A model generated the notes under the pieces. That model was not told the DNA's origin. It was given only the letters and a program-made list of their open reading frames with translations, and did not search any database. Shown piece by piece: positions 13,121 to 25,663 of a stretch of DNA of 64,000 nt; within the stretch, counting starts at the first letter, position 1; each line of letters begins with the position of its first letter. The stretch spans positions 4,887,624-4,951,623 of the forward strand of contig BDGG01000001.1 of assembly GCA_001949185.1 (NCBI GenBank). Reading direction: 5' to 3'. This stretch comes from Ramazzottius varieornatus. Lineage: Eukaryota > Animalia > Tardigrada. Made by a program: the position numbers and the translations under genes.

Positions 13121-14702
13121 CAACCCACACTGGAATTACGGTCTCGCTTCGCTCAGCTTGATCACGAGAAAGCTTGCTCGCAGCTCTCTTTCTCTCTCTC
13201 TGACTTAATGAGTCTGCTGGCCCACCAGTATACGCCAGCTTAATGAAGAGATCACTACGTGAAAGGTTCGATTTGCAAACATTCCGATCTTTAGACTACC
13301 TACTCATACTCGCACGGCTGGGTTAGCGTTACAAAATTATGTCAAGATACACGACGTAACACGTATGTGTTGGCGCCGTTGGTGTGCAGAAAGCACAAGT
13401 CAGGCCGCACTCAGGCGGTAAGTTAGTCTGAGAACCACTGAAAATTACCACGAAAATAGCTCATGTACATCCGTCGCACTTGGCGATCGAAAACGCGTGA
13501 TCACGGAAATCCCGAGAGATAAACGGAGTTGGGAGTCGGCATTCGCTGTAGAGCTTAGGCCGCATTTCACGAACAGGAAACATGGTCGTTTTTGAGTCTC
13601 GTTTCTTCCAGAGATGTTAGATCCACTCCGGGGTCTCTTTGTCTACGAAAACCGTTGGCAATAGTCAACTTCTCCATTGGAGTGGAACCACACAAGCGCT
13701 CATTGACGGTGCCATCGGGCGAGTCACGTGAGCTTTCTGGGAGAAAACCCGGAATTAGAGCTGGCAAGACCGACCGTAGGTGGGACTGGTGACGAACGCG
13801 CTTATCTATGGTGTTCAAGAAAGACCAGAATCGTGGTGAACCGTCCGTTTAAAGAAATTTGACATTTCAATCAGCTTTGGGGCATAACATGGGCTGATGA
13901 AGCCTGATTGGCTATTTCGAGCAGGATGGCTTCCCATAATCGCACTTTATTTTGGGAGTGCTGATCTTGTACGAACTCGTACGTTCCACCGTCTGTCAGC
14001 GCTGTGTCGTCACGAGGTGACTCAATAATTTTTGCTTTATGAGGAAGAATCATTTCTGGACTGTGTGCGGATTCTGAAAAGCACGGTGGTTCTCTGTTGC
14101 TTAAACTTGTGCTGCATCAACAAAATTCTCAGTCGGGTACAACTGGGATTTTTGGATACCTGCCCGCCGAACATCCAGTGGTCAGATTTACTTAGTCCTT
14201 TCACGAAGACTTCAAAGAGCTCGACGCGACCACACTCTCGTCCAAACAACTCGTTACGTGTACTTTAGTTACTAGGTATTATCATCGCGCCCCTGGGTAT
14301 TACCGCATTAGCTATTGGTTGTGAGTTCCTACCTTTAACACCTTTGAGCGTGGGGCGGGAGACTCACTTTCCTGGCGCACACTAATTTCTACGGAGCGAA
14401 ATTTCAGCGTAGTTTTTGGTACCTGTTTTTTCACGTTGGCCTGAAAAATCACCTTCTCTTGAAACTGCAACCAACTGCCTCTGGACAGTGGCTATAATAT
14501 CCGCCTTGAAATTTTTTCCGTTTTCGATAAAAATCCGTCGTGGCTAGCAAATTTTCGTTCAGCCAGGCTGACGGTTGCATCAGAGTCTCAAAGAAATTTG
14601 CAGCTCTACTTCGACAAATATGTTCGTATCTTGGTGAAATTTTAGATTTGAAAAAAGATCTACCCAGCGATAATTGGTTGTCGTTGTAGTTCTCCTGCAT
14701 GA

Positions 14703-14770
14703 GTTTTGTTTTATACAGAAATTCCTCGTTCCATAGGTTTTGTTTTATACAGAAATTCCTCGTTCCATAG
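14703..14770 (+). repeat. Tandem duplication of ~34 bp
   Basis: gttttgttttatacagaaattcctcgttccatag occurs twice in tandem. Confidence 0.8.
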
Positions 14771-15024
14771 CAGCAAGTTTCGAGCCTGTGCGTTGACAGC
14801 CAGAAGAAAAATTCAGGTCCAGATTAAAACGAGGAAAGTTTTCCCGCCGCTTTTCCGAATTTTTTCTTTGAAGAGCGGGCCAAGCAACAAGGCACCGAAT
14901 CATACCATCCTGTGGATCTGAGTTAGGCCTCAACGATGCCAATTATAAGTTACTGTATTACGGCATCTGAAATTTCAAAAAGGGAAAGACGTGTTTTTCT
15001 GCTTATAGAACCGACGGTTAATCT

Positions 15025-15176
15025 GGTGACTACTGGAGAGATAATCATCAGTTCTCAGGAAGGCANNNNNNNNNNNNNNNNNNNNNNNNNNNNNNNNNNN
15101 NNNNNNNNNNNNNNNCAGATTTCTCCCGTCTCACTGACTTCCTGAGAACTGATGATTAGCTCTCCAGTAGTCACCC
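15025..15176. mobile_element. Inverted-repeat element spanning assembly gap (N 15066-15115)
   Basis: ggtgactactggagagataatcatcagttctcaggaag / cttcctgagaactgatgattagctctccagtagtcacc. Confidence 0.7.
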
Positions 15177-15915
15177 CTGGGTGTGTTCTATCTTTGAGCA
15201 AGGTTGCTTTGGGATCGAACTGTTCTAGCGCTCAAAACGCAAGATCCGGATTTTGGGACCTTGCCTACATTCCCACCTGCAAAACTTTGGCGCCGCACAT
15301 CGTTGGACACAACCCAAAACTAATGCTAAGACAGGATTCACCGGAGCATTTAACGGAACCGTAAGCATGTTCCGAAAAAAACTTGGGCAGTTTCCCACCC
15401 GGTGCTCAAGGTTTAAAGTAGGCAGGGTTGTCCGGTAGGCTAGCTCTTACTTTCGCAGGCGTAGAACCGTCCGCTTTTCGTCATATGAGAGTTTCAAGTT
15501 CATCAGTAAAGCAGGTTTATAAAATTTGCAGAACGTTCCAAGAAATCTACCATCGCTAAATCTGGATGATGTTCTGTCACCGTGTTCATGCCGTCACAAG
15601 ACGAACAAAGCAGCCGGCAAAACAGAAGATCCACCGAAACCACTTCGCCGAAAGACGCGGGCATCTCCGTGGGAGGTAGAAAGGACATATTGACATAAAT
15701 TTCTTATGAATTTATAATGAATTTCTTTACAAAAACGAAAACCATAAAACTTTTGACATTCGTAAACGGTATTTCATTTCGCAACAGCGATCACCTTGAA
15801 CGTTGACTGGCTGTAGACTTAAGCCGTTTTGCTATCTGATATACCTGTCGAAAGACAATACTGTACAACTCAGAAGATTTTTGGGTCAGATGATACTTCC
15901 ACTACCGAAAACGCT

Positions 15916-18586
15916 CTATACATAATCGGGAACGAAATTAGCGATAATTTTGAAATCTTCCCGTAATTTCAGAGCGTATGTAATGGATTCCAGAGTGTCA
16001 ACATCCCGTAGAACTTCTTGACATAGCTGCAGTAAATTGCTACCATCGCTGACCAATAGACTAGAAAGCATCAGCAAATCCTCGAACATCTTAGTCACAT
16101 TCGGCAGTTTCAGCAAAGCCGCACATTCGCGATATTCCTTTAGGTCACAGATCAGCACCATGGATTCTTCCGATGTATACCGAAAGTCATCTAAATGATC
16201 CAACAATTCCCGATGGAAGCGCAAACCCACTTCTTGCAGGACCACCTGTTGGTTCTTTCCAGTCATCGTCTCCTCGATTGTTCTGATCAACGAGGCGAAG
16301 AAGGTGCATACTGCCTGAGCGGTCTGCGTTACGGTATATCCAGAAGCTGCGCCGGAGAATTCTATTTTCTTCTGTTGAGATAGAAGGTAGCGAACCCACG
16401 TCATGGCGGAGTTGAGGCTTCCTTCCAGGCCTAGTGAGATCTTGCGCTCGATCCTCTCTTTACCGCTTCGAAGTAGATCTTCTAAGGCTTTGGCCTCGTT
16501 CTTGAATCGCTCGATCTTTTTCAAACAATCATGGACCTGCATAACAAACACGAGGAGACAGGTGTCCAAAATCTGAAAATTGAAAGCGCCTCTTGTGATT
16601 ACCTGTAAGATGACAGCATCACAAACTGCAACTGCCAGTTTCGACAACTTGAGGAAAGCCAGGCTAGGTTCATTCTTCGGATCTGCTGGTGCTAAGGCTC
16701 GGATACCAATATCCAGTCCGTAATCCAGATGGATAAAGATCAAGTTTGTTACAACGGTCTGGCCCAGCTCGTATAAACACGGTCCAACATCGTCCACAGG
16801 GACCAAGCTCAGGGCTCTCTGCGCTGCCTGTCGCAGTTCGCCGAGAATACTCAACGCCATCGACTCGTTGATCAACTTCGTCTCGTAGTTTGGTAGGTTA
16901 CTCGGATGAGCAGCCAAATAGTCTCCGATCAAGGACGGTATACTTTTGTTCGAGGAGAACAAGCTCAGCTCCTTGACTTCAGGTAGAACTTGCACGGTGG
17001 CCAGCTTAGATAGGCCGTATTCGACGCTCATGACGTCGTAGTATTGTTGCAAGATGGACGTGCAGCGCGCCTTTATGAACGAACACTCGGTCAAGACGTA
17101 GTTATCCAAGTGTTGACCGAGAAGCACTTTCATGATTTGCGGCATACGAAGACCTTTGAACTTGGAAAGAGGAACTTCGAGGGCTCGAAGACGACGGTGT
17201 AGCTCGAAGAGGTGGTGAAGGTAGGTTTCCGTTCCCTGAATGGTCCGAGGGGTGTCCAGGCTGGAATGGACGAGTGGCTCGAGGACCCGACATACCACCT
17301 GGGTGATAAACTTTTCCATCACCGCATCCGGAGCTGGAAAAAGCCACCTTTCCAGATAAGTTACAAAAACTTATCCGTTGGGCCTAGTCCTTTGCAATAT
17401 TATGCAAGGGAGTTATCGTACCCGGGAATACTTCATAGACGAGTTTGTAGGTGGCGTCGCACACCTGGATAATATGCCGGAAAGCGTCACCAGAAGTGTT
17501 ACCAACCGACTTGAGCGCCTTCTCGACGAAGGTCGCGATGGCTTGCGTGAAACCAACTGGATAGTGTTGGAGCGATGAGGCGATTTGCTGCATCAGGTTC
17601 AGATTCATTTGATCGTGGCCACGTTCGAACAGGACGACCAAGTCGCCCATTATCTCATCGTACAGGGCTGCTATACGCTGGCGAGCCATAGCGTAGACAT
17701 CATCTTTCTGTACTGAAATGGCTTTGGCAATCTTCATCAAGCCTAGTACCGAACTGGCGACATTCAGATAGTCTTCCAAAGTGCTACGCTGCTGGAGGAT
17801 TTCCGGGTAGGACAGCTCGCCCAACTGGTCGGCATCGAGCTCCATGAAAATCAGAAGGAGTTTATGGGCTTGTAACAGTCGGTCTTGTGGTTCCGTTATG
17901 GATGAAATTTTGTCGCAGACTGAATTCATCTTGTGTGAAAGGTTCTTCAGTTCTTCCTGCAGTTTTTCCATCTCGGCTGAAGATCAGTAGTTATGTTAGT
18001 ATCGTTTGATCATCGCTGTCACTTTGAACAGCTCAGTCGACCTGGGTTATTCCTCATCGGTTACGGTTATGAAATGCAAAAGGATACCTAAGTTGATTTT
18101 GACTTTGTCCGAACGAGCCAGAAATTGTTCCATCGCCTCGTCTTCCACATGGTTCAGTTCGGCTTCTGCGAACTTGTGTTGGTAGGAAGCCTTACTGTTG
18201 ATAAAGACACAGGCATCGAAGAGCTCGTTCAAAGCACGCAGCAAATTTGATGGATTATACTGATTGTTTTCGCCGACATCAACGAAGGATAGGTGGGTTT
18301 TTTCCTGAATCACAGCCGAAGCAGCATCACCCAGCCCTTTGAGGGTGGATGGTCTTGCGCTGGGAGACAGGGTAGCAGTCGACGGTGCCACGCTGAGGGA
18401 CGACGGACGAAGATCGAAGCGACTGGAGATGCCAGATACGGCTCGGGCCAACCGACTACTGGCATTATGCTTGATGAAGTTCTCCAGGTACTCATCTGCG
18501 TCAAAGTTGGCATCAAGCAGTTCTTGCCACAAAGCTTCATTGCTGATTGATTGGTGAGAATTAACAGGTTTGCACGCTGGCGGCAT
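15916..18586 (-). CDS. EXOC5: Exocyst complex component 5 (Sec10)
   Basis: ORFs 18047-18616, 17384-17971 and 15916-17322 joined by short introns. C-terminal LLSQQKKIEF…GKNQQVVLQEVGLRFHRELLDHL…LICDLKEY…LSSLLV is typical of Sec10. Confidence 0.88.
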
Positions 18587-18964
18587 TCTCGTCAAAGAAA
18601 TCGGCAAGCAATACAATAGCTATTTTTATTGCCAGGTGAACCCAACACTTCGCTCACTGACGATCAGCCCGACAGTTTGCGCTGCTCTAAGGAGGAGGCC
18701 GGAACATGACAGGTTTCGAATCACTGGAAATGGAGGTCGGTAATGGACAAAGCTCAGGGACAACAAACAAGATTATCCGAGTCCAATTAATGTACCGCAA
18801 GCATTACGCTGCAGTTGTGCGTATCATTTTTGGTTCCGGTCAGGGTTCTGATGCTTCTTTCTATGACTGTTCCCTTCCCGCTTTTCCGTGTGAAACTGAC
18901 AAGTGAGACGAGTCCACGTGTAAATGAATAACAAAAGCAATGCGCGGTTGATGCTTAACCTATA

Positions 18965-19315
18965 CGAGGTGAAACTAGCGGAGTTGTCCATGTAAAATCG
19001 TATGGTAGAGTTGCCCACCCCCAAAAGTCTACGCACGCATATGTAGGGTAACTTGATTTGATTAAAAGCAACTGATTTTTCGAAAACAGGTTTTTTAACA
19101 TTGCGTCGACCCTCCCTCTTCTCAGCGAATGTCTCTCAATAAATCTGCTCTTCTTTCGTGTATACTATGTTTGACAAATAGATAAACGTTTATTCCTATC
19201 GAATCAACTATAACATGGCGAGATCTGATCACCGGGGGATGAGATCCAGGCCGGACAACTCCCCCATGCGATTTTACATGGATTTTACATGGATAACTCC
19301 GCTAGTTTTACATCG
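18965..19315. mobile_element. MITE with TA target duplication between divergent EXOC5 and neprilysin genes
   Basis: TA|cgaggtgaaactagcggagttgtccatgtaaaatc … gattttacatggataactccgctagttttacatcg|TA. Confidence 0.75.
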
Positions 19316-19873
19316 TAGTAATCACATCTATATAGAGACGACATATACAGGAAAAAAGTTGCATTGCATTCCGTCATGTTATATGTATATCGAATGTTTC
19401 TCCGCACTGGTATCGAACGGAGGGTTGCGATTTGCGAAAGCCATTTTTGAGCCGGTAGTAGGCGTGCACGGTACCAAGGTCGCGATGTTTGAGGCTTCGC
19501 ATCTTTGCACCAAATTCCTGAGCGCCAGTAAATCGGAAAATTTTCATAGCAGGGAGGAACAGTTCGGTCCATAATATTCACGTAATTCGTTGACAGAAGG
19601 CTCTGTCCGTATCACAAAATGCACTGGTCGTATCAGTGAATTTTTAATAACAATATCACAAAATGGAAGATAACCTTATCGCATTGTCAAAATCATGCTG
19701 AATATCGAAAAGCCAACGCGTAATGGATAACATTCCAGTCGCTCACGATCTAATGAGCAGTCAGTGGAACGTCGAAATATCGGGGAACCGTCGTGGAAAG
19801 AGGGAAACACCCCTTTCTCAGTAATTCTCCGTGGGTCGTTACACATCGGTAGTAGGCCTTGCTCACCCCCAAA

Positions 19874-22800
19874 ATGTCCTCCAAACTACTCCACGACATG
19901 GAGGATCCCAAGAAGAAGAAGGATGAGTCCAGCAAGGGCAAAATTATTGCGCTGATCATCATCGTCCTGCTGGCGTTGTTCATCACCTTCCTGGTTCTTT
20001 ATCTCGAGGAACTCAACAAAGGTAAGTTTGTTCTCAGCCGTCTGATCACCTTGAAGTCAAAATTCAATGCTATGTTATTCATAACTAGTTCATTGTAGAC
20101 CGAACGATAATCAAGAGCGAAATTCAAGTGTGCATGAACGCCTCCTGTATCACTGCCGGTAAGTAATAATTATCTAATTCCAACATCGTACCTTCATCCC
20201 CATGGTCAGTCAAACACCTGTAACCTTCTCTGTACTTTAGCTGCTAGCCTTGTGAACAATATGAACAGGTAGGTTTCCCATGTCGATTTGCCATTGGTAC
20301 AAGGCTATTTTATACGCTTCGTCCATATGTGATAATCGAACTTTTTATCACGGCAGAAAAGTTAACCCATGCGACAATTTCTACGAGTTCGCTTGTGGTA
20401 ACTGGAATAAGACGGAAGTAATACCAGATTCCAATACCCGTTGGGGTGTGTTCGACATTCTGCGACGCCAGCTGCTTCGAGATCTCCGCGGCACTCTGAC
20501 AGTTGCTGACATCAGTGCTCTGCCACTAGATACGATGAATTCCACATACAAAATACAACGCTATTTCCACAGCTGCATGGAGACAGGTACGTACGAACTT
20601 CTCTATATCGTACTGACAACAAAGTTGGGATCCACGACGTAGCAATGTCGTACTTAGCCGTAACCGTGAGTTCTCTATTTCAGAGCAAATAGCCAAAGAG
20701 ATGCGCGAACTCGAGCCAATGAAAAATTTTTTTTTGGAAGAAATGGACTTCCCTCTGGAAAACTGGCCAGCGACCAGAGACTTCGTCGCTACAGACCCAC
20801 AACGTCTGAAAAACACAATCATGTTGGCTCGAAAGTACGGAAACTCATTAGGCATTTTTAACAACGGTTTGACACCAAACATCAGCGAACCCAAACAAAA
20901 CGTCATCGAGTTCGAGGCAGGAAGATTCACTCTGGATCGCTCAATTCTGGTCAACGCAAGCAAAGCCAGGGAACATAAGGCGTACGTCGACTTCATGGTT
21001 GAAGTTGCCGTCTTGATACAAAGACGATTAGGGAACGAAAACGCAAATGACGAACTTTACCGTCCCATTTTTGAGGATGTTCTGAAGTTCGAGAAGGCTC
21101 TGGCGAATGTAAGTTATACACTGCTGAACAGTACAGCAACACAAATCTTAGTGGGCCATAACATTCGTAAGAATATTGAACTGACAATATCACTGCTTGC
21201 TTCTTTTAAATAATAGTACACACTTCCCCCGGAAAAGCGAAGGAACGAACGCGAGCACTGGCACGAGATGACTTTGAATGACTTTGCGGAGACATACTTC
21301 AATCCTGCGAACGGCAGCGAACCACTGGCGCTCCATATTTATGGAAAAGAATGGGTAAAGTACTTCCAGACTGCCTGGGGTCATCAATCGACTGAAGGTC
21401 TCACTGATAACACGCTGGTTGTGGTCCGCGAGCCCGCATATTATGGGAATGTGACAAGAGCTCTCAGAGGCATTGAGTTCCAATACAGGTAGAGTGCCAT
21501 TCTGCATCATGAGACAGATATATGTAAGCATGCACTATATGGCATCGCATGCGCACCTTGCAGATTTTTTTGGAATTACGTTGGGTGGAAAGTTGTCGAG
21601 CCTTTTGTCAGACATATTGACGACGAATTTCTAGCGATTTACCAACGTTTCCGGAAGGTCACCGCAGGGACCTCAGCGAGTACTCCCCGACCGGAAGTCT
21701 GTGTCGACACGGTCACGAATCACTTTCCCAACGCTGTCGGAAGCCTATACGTCAAGAACTTCTTCCAGCCCCAAGCAAAGAAAGACGTATAGAATTTGAG
21801 TTGACACTCACATAAGTCACATTTATACTATAGTCTAATCTACGTTATTCTGTAACTGCAGCTGGAAACAATGGCGGAGCATCTGATGTGGGCATTCAGA
21901 GAGATTGTCAAAGTACGTTATTTGGTGAATTACAAACTCCTGTTTACTTTCCTGCAAAATATTAACACTACTTCGGGATCTTCTGGAAGGGAAAAGCTTT
22001 TCCCTCCATCAGACGCGCTTAGCCGAACGATCCACCATAACCTCACAAGCAGCGTGAGACCGTGTAATCTCTAACTTTTCGATGTTACAGGAATCACATT
22101 GGATGACTGAAGCAACGCGTGTACGCGCTTTGGAGAAAGCAAACATGTTCACCAGTCTGATCGCCTATGACGAATACCTTATGAGCGATGACCCCACAGC
22201 TCTCAACCTCGAACACGAGAGTTTCCGTCCCAATAACACCTACTTCTACAATTATGTCAAGGGGAGAAACTTCGAAACCCAAGTTGAAGGTAAAATGCTG
22301 GTCAAGGGCAACAATGCAAGCGACTGGATCACTGGACCCGCCATCGTCAACGCTTTCTACTCACCCAACCACAACTCTATCTGTGAGTCGTTTTGCCTAT
22401 CTAGATCTAGTTTCGGGAAGTAGACTCACTTGCCGTAATCTTCTTCCAGCTTTCCCGGCTGGTATTCTCCAAGCGCCGTTTCTGGGGCAAGGATATCCGT
22501 GGTATTGGAACTTTGCTGCCATCGGTACCGTCATCGGTCACGAAATTACCCACGGGTTTGATGATCAAGGTAAAACCTGGAGATATACAATGAGGCCCAG
22601 TGAATGAACAGAACGCATATTCAGCTTCCGTTGTCCAGGAGCACAAAGTGACGGGGCGGGTTACTTCGACGACTGGTGGGACGAAGCTTCCAAAGCAGCT
22701 TTCAATCGACGTGCGCAGACCATTATCGACCAATACAGCGGCTACAGTCTCATGGGAGTCCAGCTGAAAGGAGAAAACAACCAAGGCGAAAACATTGCTG

Positions 22801-23359
22801 ACAATGGTGGTATCAAAGAGTCCTACAGGGTGAGAAGGATCTTACGAACACTGTCAAAGAGATAGATACATTGCACTAAGTTAAGTTCTAACAGAGTTGT
22901 TCTAACAATGTGACCTTCAGGGCTACAAACATTTCCTCAAAAATGTTCTTGAGGTCGACGAAGAACCACGCCTCCCTGGTTTCGAAAACTTTTCCACGGG
23001 TAACGTAGCCATGGGTTAATTCCGATTAGCGTTCTTCATGCAAATCCTGTCCCTTACAGACCAGATGTTCTTCCTGAGCTACGCTCAAATGTGGTGCGGA
23101 GACTATCGACTGGAGGAGCTTCAGCTTCAAGTTAACCGTGAGTTATTTCTGGATTGATAACCCTAAGCACATTGTGCGACAATAATTTGATTGCTAACTT
23201 GAACACATGTATAGATGTCTATGTTATCGATTAGGTCCTCACAGCCCAGGACGATTTCGAATAATTGGCCCGCTACAGAACTCTCCTGAGTTCTCTCAGG
23301 CTTACCGCTGTGCTCCGGATACCTACATGAACCCTGCAGCGAAAGCCGCAGTTTGGTAA
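19874..23359 (+). CDS. Neprilysin-family (M13) type II membrane metallopeptidase
   Basis: N-terminal [23 protein letters not shown]; [14 protein letters not shown]; VNAFYSP; [10 protein letters not shown]; zinc motif HEITHGFD; GENIADNGG; HSPGRFR; ends [10 protein letters not shown] at 23357-23359. Confidence 0.93.
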
Positions 23360-24559
23360 TCTTGTTATGGAAGTTCGAAAGTACAGGTTTAGTTTATCCT
23401 TTTTCCCTTCCCGATACTCTGAATAGCATTTTTACGATTCTGTAAACTGCTTCCTTTGTCTCTTGACCGTACACTGAACCCTGTATAGACAAAGGCAGAA
23501 ACTGGATAAAGGCAAGCAGTTTTGGAGAAAAGAGATTGAGCTTTCCCAGTTCCGTTTGCAGTGTGCAGCGTTACTCGTGGTATAAAATGAAAAGAAAGTG
23601 CTTGTTTTCTCGTGGGGTAGGCTTGAGAAAAATTTCCACCGCCCTCCCCCAACCCCCGGCCCGTTAATACCACGGGTCGGCTAGGGCCGGAATTGGTGGA
23701 AAAACGACCACCATAAATGTCTCTGATATACAAGAGGTGGAAATTCCCATCCTGGAAGGACAGGGTGGGAACGGCAGGACGGAAAAGCTGGGAGCAAGTG
23801 GCAGGGTGGAATTACCGGTGTTCCGTGACATCAAACCCGGAAATCACGAGCTTTAAAAATTCCTGGTGTCTGTTTGAGGGGTTCCCAGTTAGCTACCTCG
23901 TTTGTAACCTATAGAGTACTGTAGTATTCCTTCCAATCTAGGCCACACACCATCAGCCAGTACGATCCCGGCATGCCACGCGGAGCACTCTATGACATCA
24001 GTGCATCGAAACTAATAGAAGACATCAGTCCGACGGTTGCAGTTACTGGGATTACCTAGGGCGGTGCTGCAATGTACAAAATGCATACCGGTTCAAAAAC
24101 TCGATTAGCAATAGTAACTACAAGGCCACAGTATGCTTCTGTGTCTTACTGATCGATAGACTATTCAAAATACCCAGCCGGTAGGGATGCATTTTGAACA
24201 CAGTACAGTAACCCACGGCGATTCAAAAATACTGAATCCTTTTTGAATTTTTACCGCTCCGATTACGCAATGACAGTCGCTGTGTTTCCATAGTCGTATT
24301 TCTGTTCACCAGCGATTATCAGAGGAGGTTCATTGCAGGACGATACGCACCACCGCAACCAAGTAGCTCTAGGTATCACCGCTTCGTGACTCGACACCGA
24401 CCGCGGCCTCCCCTTACTGATCGCATCAAAAGCTCCGCTTCAGTACTGGCGCGACGTCGGTTCACTCTGTCCACAAGATCGACATTAGCATAAAACCATC
24501 GCACTGTCTTACATTCTTTTGGCTGGCGATTCGTGGTCAATTTTCCGGTACGTTTGGTC

Positions 24560-24850
24560 TAGCAAATGCGGGAAAAGTTAGATGTAGTGTGATGTATTAA
24601 CATGATCGAACGCGTTGGATGCGATGGAAAATGGTGTAAAGCACTTTTCCGGTCCTGCTGCTGGTAGTGTTGCCTGTTCGTTTTGCTGGAGAGCAGTTCG
24701 TCGTGGACTGTACTGGCTGGTCAAACAGTTCACTCTACAACCAGTGATGACTCGGGACTGGCTTACCGTGTCGAGCATCCATTATTGGATTCTTTTTTTG
24801 TTAAGTGTATTTGAGAAATTAGCTTTGATACCCGCCGGTGCGGCGGCCCA
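24560..24850 (-). pseudogene. Possible degraded non-LTR retrotransposon RT fragment
   Basis: FSIASNAFDHVN resembles the LINE RT motif FLDxSKAFDxV; heavily decayed. Confidence 0.25.
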
Positions 24851-25663
24851 TCGAAGTTTTTGATTTTTTCGTCTAGAAGGAACTGTGACTGCACTTGAGT
24901 GACCCAACGAAATTCTACACTGACACACCGCTAATCTTGAAAGGTTCGATTCCATAAGGAGAGTTGCAGTCTTTCTATAGTCGCGCTTTTGAGATATATC
25001 AGGTTATGGGACAAATTCCAATATAATTACTGCACTCTAATATAATTTCTTCCGATCGTCTGGCTTTACAAGATGCACTTCCTGGTTCCGCGTTCGCATT
25101 CACCCAATCTAATTCGAGACATATCCTGAACCCAATGGGTGAATTTTTCATCCGCGGTGGCTACACAAAACAATAGCGCTGTCTGGAGGAAGAGAAAAGC
25201 ACTTTAGGTATGGACTTCCTGCAGTTGTTTCAGAAGTGAACAAAGGTGCGGCTGTTCTTGAAGGTGGAAGTACCACTCAGTACAGATAAGGCTATTCGCT
25301 GTGTCACTATAACGAGATTTTGCAGTTCTTAAAAATCTCCCTCATTCGTCTGCAGAGTGATCAGATTTTCTGCCGGTCCACAGACGGTAGATTGTTAATT
25401 GTAATGTGATACGTTACGTTGGTCTCATGGTGTTTGGGAGGCGTTTTGTTTCATTTCGTTGAAACCACGCGACATTAAGGAATTGCTGGCTCAGTTGACG
25501 GAGAGAAGTTGCGTTAACTCCAAGATCTTTGATGGACTAACGAAGTAAACCAATAAATTGAAAAATTAAAAACGCAATCGGTCAGTCAAGTGGAAAGTTT
25601 GATATCGGCTATATCGTTTCCCACCCCGGACTGGCTTGCTAGCCTCCCCCTGGGTGATTTTTA

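Noticed and set aside
13560-14270. Fragmentary minus-strand ORFs
   Set aside because: No recognisable domain or consistent splice structure
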